From the NCBI GenBank assembly GCA_963842945.1, contig CAWJIM010000024.1:416001-480000 (forward strand): a stretch of DNA of 64,000 bases, in the 5' to 3' direction. The stretch's first letter is position 1; each line of letters begins with the position of its first letter. The notes below the pieces were generated by a model. It made no database searches and was not told where the DNA came from. It worked only from the letters and a program-made list of their open reading frames with translations. Source of the DNA: an uncultured Gemmatimonadales bacterium (lineage in GTDB: Bacteria; Gemmatimonadota; Gemmatimonadetes; Gemmatimonadales; GWC2-71-9). Shown piece by piece: positions 24,468 through 35,986 of the stretch. The translations under genes and the position numbers were made by a program.

Positions 24468-26996
24468 CTATCCGTCCTGACCATCCACCTTCCCGTCCTT
24501 CACGTCCTTCCCGTCGTTCCCGTCCTTATCCAACACCTCCCGCACCTTTCGCATCAAATCGTCTGGCGTAAACGGCTTCTGGATGAACGCGGCCTCCTGC
24601 TGGCTGATGCCGCGGCGAACCACCTCATCGCTGGTATATCCCGAGATATAGATGACCCTCAGCCCCGGCCGCTCGGCCAGGAGTTGATCGGCCAGCTCGC
24701 TGGCGCCCATCTCGGGCATTACCACATCGGACAACAGAAGCTCGATCGGATGCTTGTAGTCGGCCGCAATCCCCAGAGCGTCCCGCCCGTGTCGCGCTTC
24801 CAGGACGGTGTGGCCATGGTCGGTAAGGATTTTCCAGATCAGCTCCCGCACGCCATCTTCGTCTTCCACCAGCAGCACCGTCTCGTCCCCCCGCAGTGAA
24901 GCAGGCGTTTCGGAAACGTTCGGTTCGTCTCCTTCCGCCAGGGGGAAGAAGATCTTCACCGTGGTACCCAGTCCCGGCTCGCTGGAAACCCGGACCACGC
25001 CTCCGTTCTGCTTCACGATGCCGTACACGATGGATAGGCCGAGACCGGTGCGACTCCCCGGCGCTTGGGAGGTGTAGAATGGCTCGAACATGTGGGACAT
25101 GGTATCGCTGTCCATCCCGCTGCCGGTATCGCTGACCGCCAGCACCACGTACCGGCCAGGCTTCACCGAACGGCCGCGGGACGACCCGCTGATCTGCCGC
25201 TCTCCCGTCTCGATGGTCAGGGTTCCGCCGGACAACATGGCATCTCGGGCATTGAGAACCAGATTGACCAGCACCTGCTCCAGCTGAGCCGGGTCCATTT
25301 TGATGTCGCCCAGACCAGAACGCAGCTCCGTGACCAGATTGATGTCAGCGCCGATGAGACGCTGAATGAGACCCTGCATGCCGGTGACGACCGCATTGAG
25401 CTGGAGGGGCCGAGGGTCCTGAGTCTGCTGTCGCCCAAAGGTCAGCAGCTGCCGGGTGAGAATGGCTCCCCGGTCGGCCGCCTTTCGGATCTGCTCGACG
25501 TCTTTCCGCCTCCGGTCGCTCGCCGGGATGTCGCGCAACAGAAGGTCGCTGAAGCCGCGAATGGTGGTCAGCAGGTTATTGAAGTCGTGCGCTACTCCCC
25601 CCGCGAGCCGGCCGGCCGCATCCATCCGCTGAACCTGGCGCAACTGTTCCTCACTCTGGTGCAATGCCGCGCGGGTTCGGGTGCGCTCGCTGATATCGGT
25701 GGCCAGCACCAGGCGAGCCCGGCGCCCATCCCAATCCATTTCATGGGACACCAGCTCCATGTCGACGATGTTTCCGTCCTTGCGCTGGTGCTGGATCAGA
25801 GCCACGTCGGTCCGGGCAGTGCCGGTGCGCTCCAGGCCGTGGTGGACACCGGGAGCATCCTCGGGGGGCAGAATGTCCATGATCGTCATGGAAAGAAATT
25901 CGTCCCGGCTGTAGCCGTAGTGGCGAATGGCTGCCTCGTTCACGTCGAGGAAGGCCAGAGTGTCGCTGTCGAACACCCACATGGGCTGAGGATTGCTGCC
26001 GAAGAGCATTCCGTAGCGCTCGTTGGCTTCCTGGGAATCCCGCTGCAGCCGGCCGTTCTCCACCGACAACGAGGCGCGGCCCGCCAGCTCCTGCGCAAAA
26101 CTCAGGTCGTCCGGTCCATAGACCCGGCCCGACTCCGGTCCGGCTACCAGCGTCAGCATTCCCGCCGTGTGGCCGCGGGCCAGCAGCGGCACCCGGATGA
26201 ACGACCCCGGAGCCAGGACACGAAACAGCTTGAGCTGCTCGGCATCCTCCGTGTTGGCCCGAAGCACGTCATCCGTCACCCCGCCATAACTCCCCCCGTC
26301 TGAACGCCCGAAAGGGGGACGCTGCGAGCCGGACTCACACAGCGCCCGAACCAGCAGATCCTTGGCCGGATCGCGATGCGCGGCGGTTACGAACTGAAGC
26401 TGGCCGTGTTCGTTGGCGACGTGGATTGCACACCAGTCGGCGAGGGTGGGCACGCTCAGCCGAGCGAGATTCCGCAGCGTCGCCTCGTGATCGAGCGAGG
26501 CGGCCAGGATCAGATTTGCCTCGGCAAAAAAGGAGAGCCGGCGATCCAGCCGCTCGGCCTCTGCCCGGGAAAGCTCGACGCCACGCGCTCGCTCGGCGGC
26601 GTCTCTCATCCGGCCGACCAGCAGAACCGTCAAAGGAAAAACCAGGAGAAAGCCGAGGAGGGTATAGGCGTTTTCAGGGGTGTAACGGAGAATGAATCCC
26701 GGTTCCGCCAGGTAATGCCGGGCATACAGGAGGGAGACAACGGCACTCGCGATCCCTGATCGGAGGCCGCCACGATAGGTCGAGTAGACGACTGTGAGCA
26801 GCAGAAACGCGAAGGGGTGGACGATCGGCATGCCGTGCCGGGCCAGCTGATCGAACACAATCGCGGTGGCCAGGGTGAGGAGAAAACCCCTGGCGCCGAC
26901 GCCTAATCGGCTCCAATCCATCCGGGCACGCGCCCGCGCCGCGCGAGCCAGAATGTCTGATCCGGTAATCCGGTGTGCGGCCCCGCTGTCAGTCAT
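24468..26996 (-). CDS. membrane (DUF4118-like)-GAF-PAS hybrid histidine kinase
   Basis: N-terminal TM bundle, LADWCAI GAF, PAS, GVAHDFNN, receiver SDVVMP/IQKPF. Confidence 0.88.
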   Translation of the reverse strand: MTDSGAAHRITGSDILARAARARARMDWSRLGVGARGFLLTLATAIVFDQLARHGMPIVHPFAFLLLTVVYSTYRGGLRSGIASAVVSLLYARHYLAEPGFILRYTPENAYTLLGFLLVFPLTVLLVGRMRDAAERARGVELSRAEAERLDRRLSFFAEANLILAASLDHEATLRNLARLSVPTLADWCAIHVANEHGQLQFVTAAHRDPAKDLLVRALCESGSQRPPFGRSDGGSYGGVTDDVLRANTEDAEQLKLFRVLAPGSFIRVPLLARGHTAGMLTLVAGPESGRVYGPDDLSFAQELAGRASLSVENGRLQRDSQEANERYGMLFGSNPQPMWVFDSDTLAFLDVNEAAIRHYGYSRDEFLSMTIMDILPPEDAPGVHHGLERTGTARTDVALIQHQRKDGNIVDMELVSHEMDWDGRRARLVLATDISERTRTRAALHQSEEQLRQVQRMDAAGRLAGGVAHDFNNLLTTIRGFSDLLLRDIPASDRRRKDVEQIRKAADRGAILTRQLLTFGRQQTQDPRPLQLNAVVTGMQGLIQRLIGADINLVTELRSGLGDIKMDPAQLEQVLVNLVLNARDAMLSGGTLTIETGERQISGSSRGRSVKPGRYVVLAVSDTGSGMDSDTMSHMFEPFYTSQAPGSRTGLGLSIVYGIVKQNGGVVRVSSEPGLGTTVKIFFPLAEGDEPNVSETPASLRGDETVLLVEDEDGVRELIWKILTDHGHTVLEARHGRDALGIAADYKHPIELLLSDVVMPEMGASELADQLLAERPGLRVIYISGYTSDEVVRRGISQQEAAFIQKPFTPDDLMRKVREVLDKDGNDGKDVKDGKVDGQDG

Positions 26997-27193
26997 TGTG
27001 GCTCCGAAGCCCGGCGGATAAGCCAGAGGGTGTGCCGGAACAACCCAAGCTCAATGTAAAATTATCCCCAGTCTGTGACCCGCCACACACCCGACTCCTT
27101 GCGACCATCGGCAGGGCGCGGTAAGCTATGCGCCGTTCTCCCATATCGCGGCACGCCCCATTGCCTCCCGGTTCTCGAAAGGGATCTCGCGCC

Positions 27194-30100
27194 ATGGACC
27201 CACGCCGACGTCTTGTCCTCTCCGCCCTCCCCATCGTCGCCTGTCTGCTGGCGGCGCCATCCCTCGCAACAGCGCAGGTTCAGGCCACCACTGGTGTGAT
27301 CAGAGGCACCGTGAGCGATTCAACCGGCCACCCGCTGGCTGATGCCCACGTGTCGTTGCGCCACTTGGCCACCAACGCGGAGCGGACCCTCACCACCAAT
27401 GCCAGCGGCGTCTACATCGCGACGTTGCTTCGGGTAGGTACCTACGACGTTGCGGCCAGAGCGGTAGGGTTCCAGGAGGACCGGCGGGACAGCGTACAGG
27501 TGCGGCTGGGCGAAACGGTGGAGATCAACTTCATGCTCGCGCCGCAGGTGGTGCAACTGCAGGAGCTGACGGTGGCGGCACCGGAGCGGGGGATAGATCC
27601 TACCGCCTCGGAGTCGGCCACCCGAATGGGCGCGGAGGCGGTGCAGGGGCTGCCCAACAACGGCCGCAACATCTTCAACTACACCACGCTGACCCCGAAC
27701 GTCGCGACGGTGCAGGGCCCCGATGGAGACGAGATCAGCATCGGGGGCCAGCGCGGCATTCACAACAACGTTTCAGTGGATGGAGCGGACTTCAACAATC
27801 CATTCTTCGGGGAGCAGCGTGGTGGGCAGCGTCCGGCTTTCACCTTCAACCTGGACGCAGTCCAGGATTTTGTCGTGGTATCTGACGGGGCCAACGCCGA
27901 GTTCGGACGCTCCGGCGGCGGGTTCGTCAACATCATCACCAAGTCAGGCACCAACCAATTCCACGGCTCGGCCCACTACTTCGGGAAGTACGACGCGCTC
28001 TCGGCCGACTTCACCCACACCTTCCCCGCCGGCGGCACAACCGGCTTCACGCCTGATTTTCAGCAACACCAGTTTGGCGCCACGTTCGGCGGCCCCATAG
28101 CCCGGGACAAGGTGTTCTTCTTCCTGGCTTACGATCAGCAGGTGTACGACGAGACCAAGCAGACCGACCGCCTGGGGGCGATCGACCCCGCCCTGCTCGC
28201 CTTCGTGGACACCGCGTTCAGCGGAGCCCTGCAGGGAGATTTCGGCCCGATCAGCCGGACCAACGATGCGAACGCCTTCCTGGCCAAGCTCGACTTCAAG
28301 CTGGGTGCGAAGAGCAACGCATCGCTCAAATACAACTACACCAATTCCCGCCAGGAGAACGGTACGTTCGATGTGGACTTCTGGGGCCGCAGCGCCAACG
28401 CGTCTCGAGCGGGACTTCTCCCACGCCGTAAACGGCAGCCTGACCTCACTCTTCTCCTCGGCTCTCTCCAACGAGTTCCGTTTCCAGTGGGCCCGGGAGG
28501 ATCGGCCGCGACCCTATGAGGGGGCAACCAACCCGACCGTCGGCCGGCCCTTTCCGGACACCGACATCGGGTTCCTGGCCCCGGACAACTCGTTCCAGGG
28601 CTATCGGGTGGGCATGCCGTTCTTCATTCCAGTAGATGCGCACGATTACCGCTTCCAGGTGCTGGACAACGTCTCGGTGGTCAGCGGCAACCATCTGTTC
28701 AAGTTCGGCGGAGAGTGGAACCGGACCGGGGTTGATCAGACGTTCAGAGGTTTCGGCAACGGGCGAATCGGATTTACCTCCGTCCCCGGATTCCTGAGCT
28801 ACGTCGCGAACCCCGGGTACGTCGAGTGCGCCGTGGACGTCACCAACACGCCAACTCTACCCCAGACTACGGGCGCCTGCCCAGTGGGCCAGCACATCAC
28901 CGGGCCGATTGCCCTTTACCTGCAGCAGGCAGGGCTCAACGGACTTACCGTGGATGAGGCAGGCACCCAGACCATCATCCAGAACGAGCTGGCGCTCTTC
29001 CTCCAGGACAACTGGAAGCCGCAGTCCAACCTGACGGTTAACTACGGCCTGCGCTGGGAGGCGCAGATCGAGCCGAGTCTGATCACGCCGATCCCCGACC
29101 TGTTCTATCAGCCGCTGATCGGGACTACCTCCGTCACGCCGAAAGGCAGCTTCGAATTTCCGGGCGACGGGACCATCCCGTCCGACTACAACATGTTCCA
29201 GCCCCGGCTGGGCATAGCCTACGACATCAATGGCGACGCCAAGCAGGTAATCCGCGCCAACGCCGGCATCTACTACGCGCGGATTCCGGGACTGAACCTG
29301 GCCAGCAGCCGGAGCACCGACGGCTCGCGGGGTCAGAGCATCTTCCGTAACAGCGCGCTTACCCCGATCCTGGGGGCGCCGCCCGCGTACGGGGAGTTGC
29401 TGCCCACGCCGCCGGGTGCGCCGTTCGAGCCGGGTATTTTCGTGTTCGACAAGGATTTCGTGAACCCGCGTACCTTCACCGCGACGGTTGGGTACGAGCG
29501 GGAGATTGGGCGCGGGATAGCGGCCGGCCTGAGCTACACCCATGCCCGGACCGATAACCTGACCCGCTTTATCAACGGCAACGACCCGGTGTTCGGCAAT
29601 GACACCGTCGGTCCCTGGTCTACCGCCTTTGCGCCGGGAGGCGCCCCCGGCCTGGGATCGCTGACCGTGGTCCAGAGCTCGGCCAGGTCCCGCTTTAACG
29701 GAATAACCGCCGAGCTCCGGCGCGCGCTAAACCCCAAGCTCGAGTTCCAGGTGAACTACACCCTGAGCTGGGATAAGGCTGACGACGACAACGAGCGCGA
29801 TCCGTTCACCTTCCGCTATGCCCGGGCCGACTCACTGGAGAAGGAATACAACTGGAGCGACCGGGACCAGCGCCACCGCTTCAACGCCTGGATCCTGGCG
29901 GTACTCCCCGGCGATGTCTTCCTGAACAATCGTCTGAGCGCCTACTCGGCCCAGCCAACCTCGGAGGTCTGCGGCGCCGCGAATGTGGGCACCGGGGTAC
30001 GGGCCTCACAGCCGTCGCAGCGCATCTGCCCCGATGGACACGTGCTCCAGCGCAACACGATCCGCCGAGACAATGCCTATTTCTCCTGGGACATCCGGAT

Positions 30101-30287
30101 CTCGAAGCCAGTCTATTTTGCCCGCGACCGTGCCCTGGAGCTGATCTTCGAGGGGTTCAACCTCACCAACCACGACAATTTCAAGGATCCGTCCACGGCG
30201 GGCACGTTCCTGGTCTTCGACGGAACCATCAGAAGCGGGCTGGGAGAGCCGCGGCAGTTCCAGGCAGGGGTGCGCTACATCTTCTGA
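27194..30287 (+). CDS. TonB-dependent receptor with carboxypeptidase-regulatory-like N-domain (Oar-like), frameshift near 28405
   Basis: Signal peptide, GTVSD..G.PL, LPNNGRN, AEFGRSGGG..NIITKSGTN, FQPRLG, C-terminal RQFQAGVRYIF. Confidence 0.88.
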
Positions 30288-30361
30288 GCCGACCGAGGAA
30301 CCGGACGGGCGAACTCGCTCTTGAACTTGCGGGATCGCCCTTCCTTCTCCGTGACGGGACC

Positions 30362-32314
30362 TCACGCAACCGGTGAGAGCACATCCCGCACCTTGGCGGC
30401 AAGCTCTTCCGGCGTAAACGGCTTGGGCAGAAACTCGTCCACGCCGGCCTCGCTGAAGCGCTGCAGCACCTCTATGTCGCCATAGCCACTCATCGCCACA
30501 ATCGGCGTGTTCGGCTGCAGCCGGCGTAGCTCGGTGGCCGCTTCCGCTCCTCCCAGCTCGGGCATCGTCAGGTCCAGGAGAATCAGCCGCACGTCGTCTC
30601 CCAGGTCGCGCAGCCGCTCCACTGCCTGCTGGCCATCCTCCGCCAGCTCGACGGTGTAACCCGCTTCCTCGAGGACACTCGACACCAGCGCGCGGATGCC
30701 CTCTTCGTCGTCGGCCACCAGGATGGTTCCCGCCCCCTGGAACCCGGTTTCCACACTGAAACGCCCGCTCACCCGGTCGGGAACATGTGAATCACGCGGC
30801 ACCGGCAAGAGAACAGTGAAGGTGGTGCCCCGGCCCGGCTCACTCCGGACGCTGATGGCCCCCCGGTGTCCCCGGACGATGCCCAAGGCTGCTGAGAGAC
30901 CAAGGCCCCGTCCTAAAAACTTGGTGGTGAAGAAGGGCTCGAAAATCCGGTTGCGGGTCTCCGGGTCCATGCCGGCTCCCGTGTCGGTCACATCGATCCG
31001 CACGTATTCACCGGTCACTATGGGGAACCCTTCGGTCCGGGGCTGCTCCCGCCGTTCGGTGAAGTGCTCGGTTCGAACTCGCACCGTCAAGGTTCCGGGT
31101 TCGTCTCCAATGGCTTCGCCGCCATTGATCACGAGGTTCATCACCAGCTGCTGCAGTTGAGCCTTGTCGGCCTCGACCAGCGGGCAATCCTCCGGCACAT
31201 CGATCACCAGGCTGATCTTCTTGGAGATGGAAGCCCTGATCAGCGAGCTCACTTCACTCACGAGCTTGCCCAGGTCCACCGAAGCGATGACGAACCGGCC
31301 CTTCCCGGCGTAGGCCAGAAGCTGCCGGGTAAGGTCCGCCGCTTTTTGGCTGGCCGAGAGCACATCGTGAAGCAGTGAAGCAGCCTGGTCGGTCTTCCCG
31401 GTGTTGAGGGCCCGGCGCGCCAGTCCGGCGTTCCCCATGATTCCAGTCAGCAGATTATTGAAGTCGTGGGCTATTCCGCCGGCGAGGACCCCGATGCTTT
31501 CCAGCTTCTGCGCCTGCTGCAACGCCTCCTCGTTCTCTCGCTGAGCGGCTTCGCTCGACTTCTGCTGCGTCAGGTCTCGGATCACCAGGACAGCACCCCC
31601 AATGGTGCTGTCGGAGGGAATGGGCGCGATGGAGGAGCTGATCGGGATGAGCCTGCCGTCCTTGTGCAGGAAAAAGTCTTCTTCACTGCGCAGAGTCTCT
31701 CCCGTGATCAGCACCTTCATGTGGGGGCACTCTTCACTGGAATACCAGCTGCCGTCAGCCGCACGGCATCGGAGCCTGTCGTGCAGCAGCTCGCCGACGA
31801 GCTCCTCTCGCGACCAGCCGAACATGCTTTGGGCACTGGGATTGATGAACGTCAGCCGACCCTCTTTGTCCACCAGTATCATCGCTTCGGCGGCATTACT
31901 GGCGATGGCATCGGCCAGATTGAGCTGGTACTGGAGCAGCTCCTCGGCGCGCTTCAGCTCGGTGTCGTCGCGGATGATCTTGGCTACTCCAGTTACCGTG
32001 CCTGCTTCATCACGCAGCCCCACCATGACGCCATTGGCCCAGAACCGGGAGCCATCCTTTCGAATATGCCAGCGAGAGTCCTCAGCCCGGCCTGACTGGA
32101 TGGCGAACCTGAGCTCATGCTCCGGAACGCCCTGGAGGTTGTCCTCCGGGGTAAACAGGACGGTACCCGAGCGCCCAATGATCTCGCCGGGCTCATACTG
32201 GAAAATCCGCTGCGCGCCTGGATTCCAGGTCTCCACCGTCCCCTCAAGGCTGAGATGGAAGACGGCGTAATCCACGGTGGATTCGAAGAGCCGTTGATAA
32301 CGATCGTCCGCCAT
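30362..32314 (-). CDS. PAS-PAS hybrid histidine kinase
   Basis: RKDGSRFWA, GIAHDFNN, FFTTKFLGRGLGL, receiver LDLTMP. Confidence 0.9.
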   Translation of the reverse strand: MADDRYQRLFESTVDYAVFHLSLEGTVETWNPGAQRIFQYEPGEIIGRSGTVLFTPEDNLQGVPEHELRFAIQSGRAEDSRWHIRKDGSRFWANGVMVGLRDEAGTVTGVAKIIRDDTELKRAEELLQYQLNLADAIASNAAEAMILVDKEGRLTFINPSAQSMFGWSREELVGELLHDRLRCRAADGSWYSSEECPHMKVLITGETLRSEEDFFLHKDGRLIPISSSIAPIPSDSTIGGAVLVIRDLTQQKSSEAAQRENEEALQQAQKLESIGVLAGGIAHDFNNLLTGIMGNAGLARRALNTGKTDQAASLLHDVLSASQKAADLTRQLLAYAGKGRFVIASVDLGKLVSEVSSLIRASISKKISLVIDVPEDCPLVEADKAQLQQLVMNLVINGGEAIGDEPGTLTVRVRTEHFTERREQPRTEGFPIVTGEYVRIDVTDTGAGMDPETRNRIFEPFFTTKFLGRGLGLSAALGIVRGHRGAISVRSEPGRGTTFTVLLPVPRDSHVPDRVSGRFSVETGFQGAGTILVADDEEGIRALVSSVLEEAGYTVELAEDGQQAVERLRDLGDDVRLILLDLTMPELGGAEAATELRRLQPNTPIVAMSGYGDIEVLQRFSEAGVDEFLPKPFTPEELAAKVRDVLSPVA

Positions 32315-32434
32315 GCTGGCACCCGCTTGAGGATTCCCTGTTCGGGCCCGATCTGACCATCAGGCAACCTGTCTGGCTCGGAGCCTCGGGCTGTGACGTG
32401 GGATACCCAACTGGTACAAGAACTTCGGGAAGAA

Positions 32435-32477
32435 TGTGAGTGCGCTCACAGACCGGGTATCCGGCGGTTGCTATGTT
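32435..32477 (+). promoter_or_regulatory. CRP/FNR-family site plus extended -10 (class II-like promoter)
   Basis: Perfect TGTGA-GTGCGC-TCACA (32435-32450) and TGnTATGTT (32469-32477). The geometry puts the site centre at about -41.5. Confidence 0.65.
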
Positions 32478-32520
32478 AGGCCAGGCTGATGGTGCAGATC
32501 ACCTTAGCGGAGGAAATTCC

Positions 32521-32670
32521 ATGCTGGTATGGCTTGCAGTCATCCTGCTGGTCGCCTGGCTCCTGGGTTGGGGAGTCTTTCATGTTGCGGGTGGCCTGAT
32601 TCACCTGTTACTGGTGATCGCGCTGGTCGTATTCCTGATCAACTTCATCTCGGGCCGTCGAACGGTCTAG
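32521..32670 (+). CDS. small membrane protein, lmo0937/DUF5670 family
   Basis: 49 aa, WLLG...GGLIHLLLVIA, strong GGAGG RBS. Confidence 0.85.
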   Translation: MLVWLAVILLVAWLLGWGVFHVAGGLIHLLLVIALVVFLINFISGRRTV

Positions 32671-32679
32671 GTATTCCTG

Positions 32680-32710
32680 GAGGACAGGGGGATTCGTTCC
32701 CCCTGTCCTC
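32680..32710 (+). terminator. hairpin/terminator after the small membrane protein gene
   Basis: 13-bp stem GAGGACAGGGGGA/TCCCCCTGTCCTC; weak U-tail. Confidence 0.6.
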
Positions 32711-32760
32711 ACCCTCCGCCTCACCCCTGGCAATTACTATGGCTGGTGGTAAGTTGCGGC

Positions 32761-33207
32761 ATGCTTACCGCTACCCAATCAACCCGCATGCGGCGAGGCT
32801 GCGCGGGGCCTGACTCCACTACCGAACCCAGGCGAGTGGTTCTTGTAGTCGACGACGAGCAAGGCCTGCGTGAGCTGGTATGCCGTACTCTGCAGGCTGA
32901 AGGCTTTACTACGCTGGAAGCCGGGCATGGGGCCGAGGCGCTGGAGGTTATGGAAGGCGCCCCCGAGCCGGTAGACCTGGTAGTTACCGACGTGGTCATG
33001 CCCGGTATGGACGGCCGTGAGTTGGGCCGCCGTATCTCCCAGCGCTGGCCTGATCTCCCAATCCTTTACATCTCCGCCTACGACGTGAACGACATCTTCC
33101 GTCGCGGCTCTCCCCGCACCTCCGCCCCCTTTTTGCAGAAGCCCTTCCCGCCCGAGGGACTGATCACAACCGTTCGCGGCCTGATCCGGAGCCGCTCACA
33201 CCGCTGA
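32761..33207 (+). CDS. single-domain response regulator
   Basis: LVVDDE, TDVVMPGMDG, ISAY, LQKPF. Confidence 0.88.
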   Translation: MLTATQSTRMRRGCAGPDSTTEPRRVVLVVDDEQGLRELVCRTLQAEGFTTLEAGHGAEALEVMEGAPEPVDLVVTDVVMPGMDGRELGRRISQRWPDLPILYISAYDVNDIFRRGSPRTSAPFLQKPFPPEGLITTVRGLIRSRSHR

Positions 33208-33488
33208 GGTTGGGGCAGGCTCCAGCGTAACATCGCACCTCGGTTACTGCATTTTGGCGTGATCAGGGTCACGGATCTCGCCTGCTCCCCCCACTATCAC
33301 TATCGACACTCTGCGGCCCGTGTGAGATAACCGAGGTCGCCACGCTGGAAATTCGCCCGGTATCACGCTGGGGAGAGATCTTGGTCGCCTGCTTGTCCGT
33401 CTTCGCAACATCACCCACCCACGACGATCAGAGGGTTCTCCCCCGCGGCCAGATTTCGATCCACGATGACGAATGAGGAGGGGGAATC

Positions 33489-34540
33489 ATGACTGCAGCA
33501 ATCGAGCAGGGCCTTCGGTATCGCCGACGGTATACCGACCAGCCGTCAGGCGATATGGAGAGCAGCGCCCAGCGCCGAGCCAGAGGCCTGGGATGGTTCA
33601 GCATCGGATTAGGCTTGGCCGAGATCGGCGCACCTCGTTCCCTGGCCAGGCTGATCGGCATAAGTGATGACGATGAAACCCGTAACACGATGTTCGCTCT
33701 CGGGTTGAGGGAGATCACCAGCGGCATCGGGATCCTTGCCTCACCTCGCGTCTCCGGGCTGGGTCTGGAGCCGGGTGGGGGGAGACCTGATGGATCTGGC
33801 CCTTCTGGGCAAGGCCATGAGCGACGATCAAAACGATCGGAACCGGGTTGCCGCAGCCACCGCCGCCGTTGCCGGTGTCACCATCGTCGATTTCCTCACC
33901 GGCCAGCAGCTCAGCCGCAACCCGGGAACGGCGGTGAGCAGAGAACCAATGGTTCCGGGATAGTCCAGCAGAACCGCCAGTCCTCCAGCGGAGTTCACGT
34001 CACCCAATCGCTGACCATCAACCGGCCCCGGAACGAGGTCTACGGGTTCTGGCACAACTTCGAGAACCTTCCCCGGTTCATGGCTCACCTCGAGTCGGTG
34101 CAGGTGCTGGACAACAACCGTTCCCGCTGGAAGGCCAAGGCTCCGGCGGGCACGACGGTCGAGTGGGAGGCGGAGACCATCGAGGACCGGCCCAACGAGC
34201 TGATCGCCTGGCGCTCTCTGCCCGATGCGACCATCCCCAATTCCGGGTCGGTGCGGTTCAAGGATGCGCCCGGGAACCGGGGAACCGAAATCCACGTCGA
34301 CCTTCGCTACCAGCCTCCTGGAGGGAAGCTGGGATCGCTGATCGCCAAGCTTTTCGGCGAGGAGCCGGAGCAGCAGGTCAAGGGCGATTTGCGCCGCTTC
34401 AAGCAGGTCATGGAGACGGGAGAGATCGTCCACTCGGATTCAGCAGCATCCATTCCGGCATGCATCCGGCACAGCCACCGGAGAGCCTGGAGGATGTTGA
34501 GCTTCTCGGGACGCCTCGCGAGCACGCGGTTCAACGCTGA
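33489..34540 (+). CDS. SRPBCC (polyketide cyclase/dehydrase-like) protein with N-terminal membrane domain, frameshifted
   Basis: LGWFSIGLGLAE, FWHNFENLPRFM, LIAWRS, DLRRFKQVMETGE. Indels near 33745, 33925 and 34440. Confidence 0.82.
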
Positions 34541-34576
34541 GCTGAGCCGCACGGCTCGGAAAGAGAGACATAGATC

Positions 34577-35749
34577 ATGAAGGCCAACTGCTGGATGGGA
34601 AAGCGGAAGGTGCAAGTCGAAGAGGTGCCGGATCCGAAGATCCTGAACTCCCACGATGCGATTGTCCGGGTCACCTCGACCGCCATCTGCGGTTCGGATC
34701 TCCACCTGTACAACGGCTTCGTCCCTACGATGGAACGGGGCGATGTGCTGGGCCATGAGTTCATGGGCGAGGTGGTGGAGGTGGGCTCCTTCGGTGCGCA
34801 ACCTGAAGGTTGGCGACCGGGTGGTGGTTCCGTTTCCGATCGCGTGCGGCGCCTGCGCCTCGTGTGAAGCTCAGATGTTCTCGCTCTGCGAAAACTCCAA
34901 CCCCAACGCGTGGATCGCCGAGAAGCTGCTGGGGCACTCCCCCAGCGGGATCTTCGGCTACTCCCACATGCTCGGTGGATTCGCCGGCGGCCAGGCCGAG
35001 TACGCCCGGGTGCCTTTTGCGGATGTGGGCCCTTAAAAGTCCCCGAAGATCTGACCGACGATCAGGTGCTGTTCCTGTCGGACATCTTCCCCACCGGCTA
35101 CATGGGCGCGGAGATGTGCGACATCCAGCGTGGGGATGTCGTGGCGGTCTGGGGCGCGGGCCCGGTAGGCCAGTTTGCCATCGCCAGCGCCTACCTGCTG
35201 GGGGCGGAACGGGTCATCGCCATCGACCGGTTCAAGTACCGGCTGGACATGGCCAAGGAACGGGCGGGCGCCTCGGATACCATCAATTACGAGGAGCTGA
35301 ACGTCCAGGACGCCCTGCTGGAGTTGACCGGCGGACGGGGTCCCGACAAGTGCATCGACGCCGTGGGGATGGAAGCGCACGGCCATGGGATTACCTACGC
35401 CTATGACCGGATGAAGCAGGCCACCATGATGGAAACCGATCGTCCCATCGCGCTCCGGGAAGCCATTCTGGCCTGCCGGAATGGTGGGGTGGTGTCGGTG
35501 ATTGGGGTGTACGGCGGGTTCATCGACAAGTTCCCCATGGGGGCCATCATGAACCGTTCGCTCACCATCCGGAGCGGCCAGTGCCATACCCACCGGTACA
35601 TGCGGCCGCTACTCGACCGGATTCAGAAGGGGGAGATCGATCCCAGCTTCGTCATCACCCACCGGCTGCCGCTGGACCAGGCGGCCAAGGGCTATGACAT
35701 GTTCCTGAACAAGGAAGACAATTGCGAGAAGGTGGTGCTCAGCGCCTGA
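34577..35749 (+). CDS. zinc-dependent alcohol/aldehyde dehydrogenase (YbdR/FDH-like), frameshifted
   Basis: ICGSDLH, GHEFMG, CGACASC...[15 protein letters not shown]. Indels near 34790 and 35033. Confidence 0.88.
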
Positions 35750-35774
35750 CGTCGTTCCCTGTTACCGTTCAGGT

Positions 35775-35812
35775 CAGATGCCCCGGTTGCCCCAGCGCAG
35801 CCGGGGCGTCTG
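35775..35812 (+). terminator. hairpin downstream of the dehydrogenase gene
   Basis: Imperfect stem CAGATGCCCCGGTTGC/GCAGCCGGGGCGTCTG. Confidence 0.55.
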
Positions 35813-35893
35813 GCTGCTTGACTGGCGCTTGACCCGTCCAACGCACCATCTCGGCCGAGGCAGCGGCACCGGCCGCTAGGTCAAATGGCGTAA

Positions 35894-35940
35894 CGTGATG
35901 CGGATCACAAACTTGACAGAAGCTCAGCGGGTAAGATACT
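35894..35940 (+). promoter_or_regulatory. CRP-like site and sigma70-like promoter of the Ig-domain gene
   Basis: CGTGA-TGCGGA-TCACA (35894-35909), TTGACA (35913-35918), TAAGAT/GATACT (35932-35940). Confidence 0.55.
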
Positions 35941-35986
35941 AGACTATTACCCGAGAGATCAGAACCTGTTACTGATAGGAACCCCT

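Noticed and set aside
34780..35040. Programmed frameshifting or stop read-through in the dehydrogenase and other genes
   Set aside because: There are no consistent slippery sites, and indels are scattered across unrelated genes, which fits sequencing error better.
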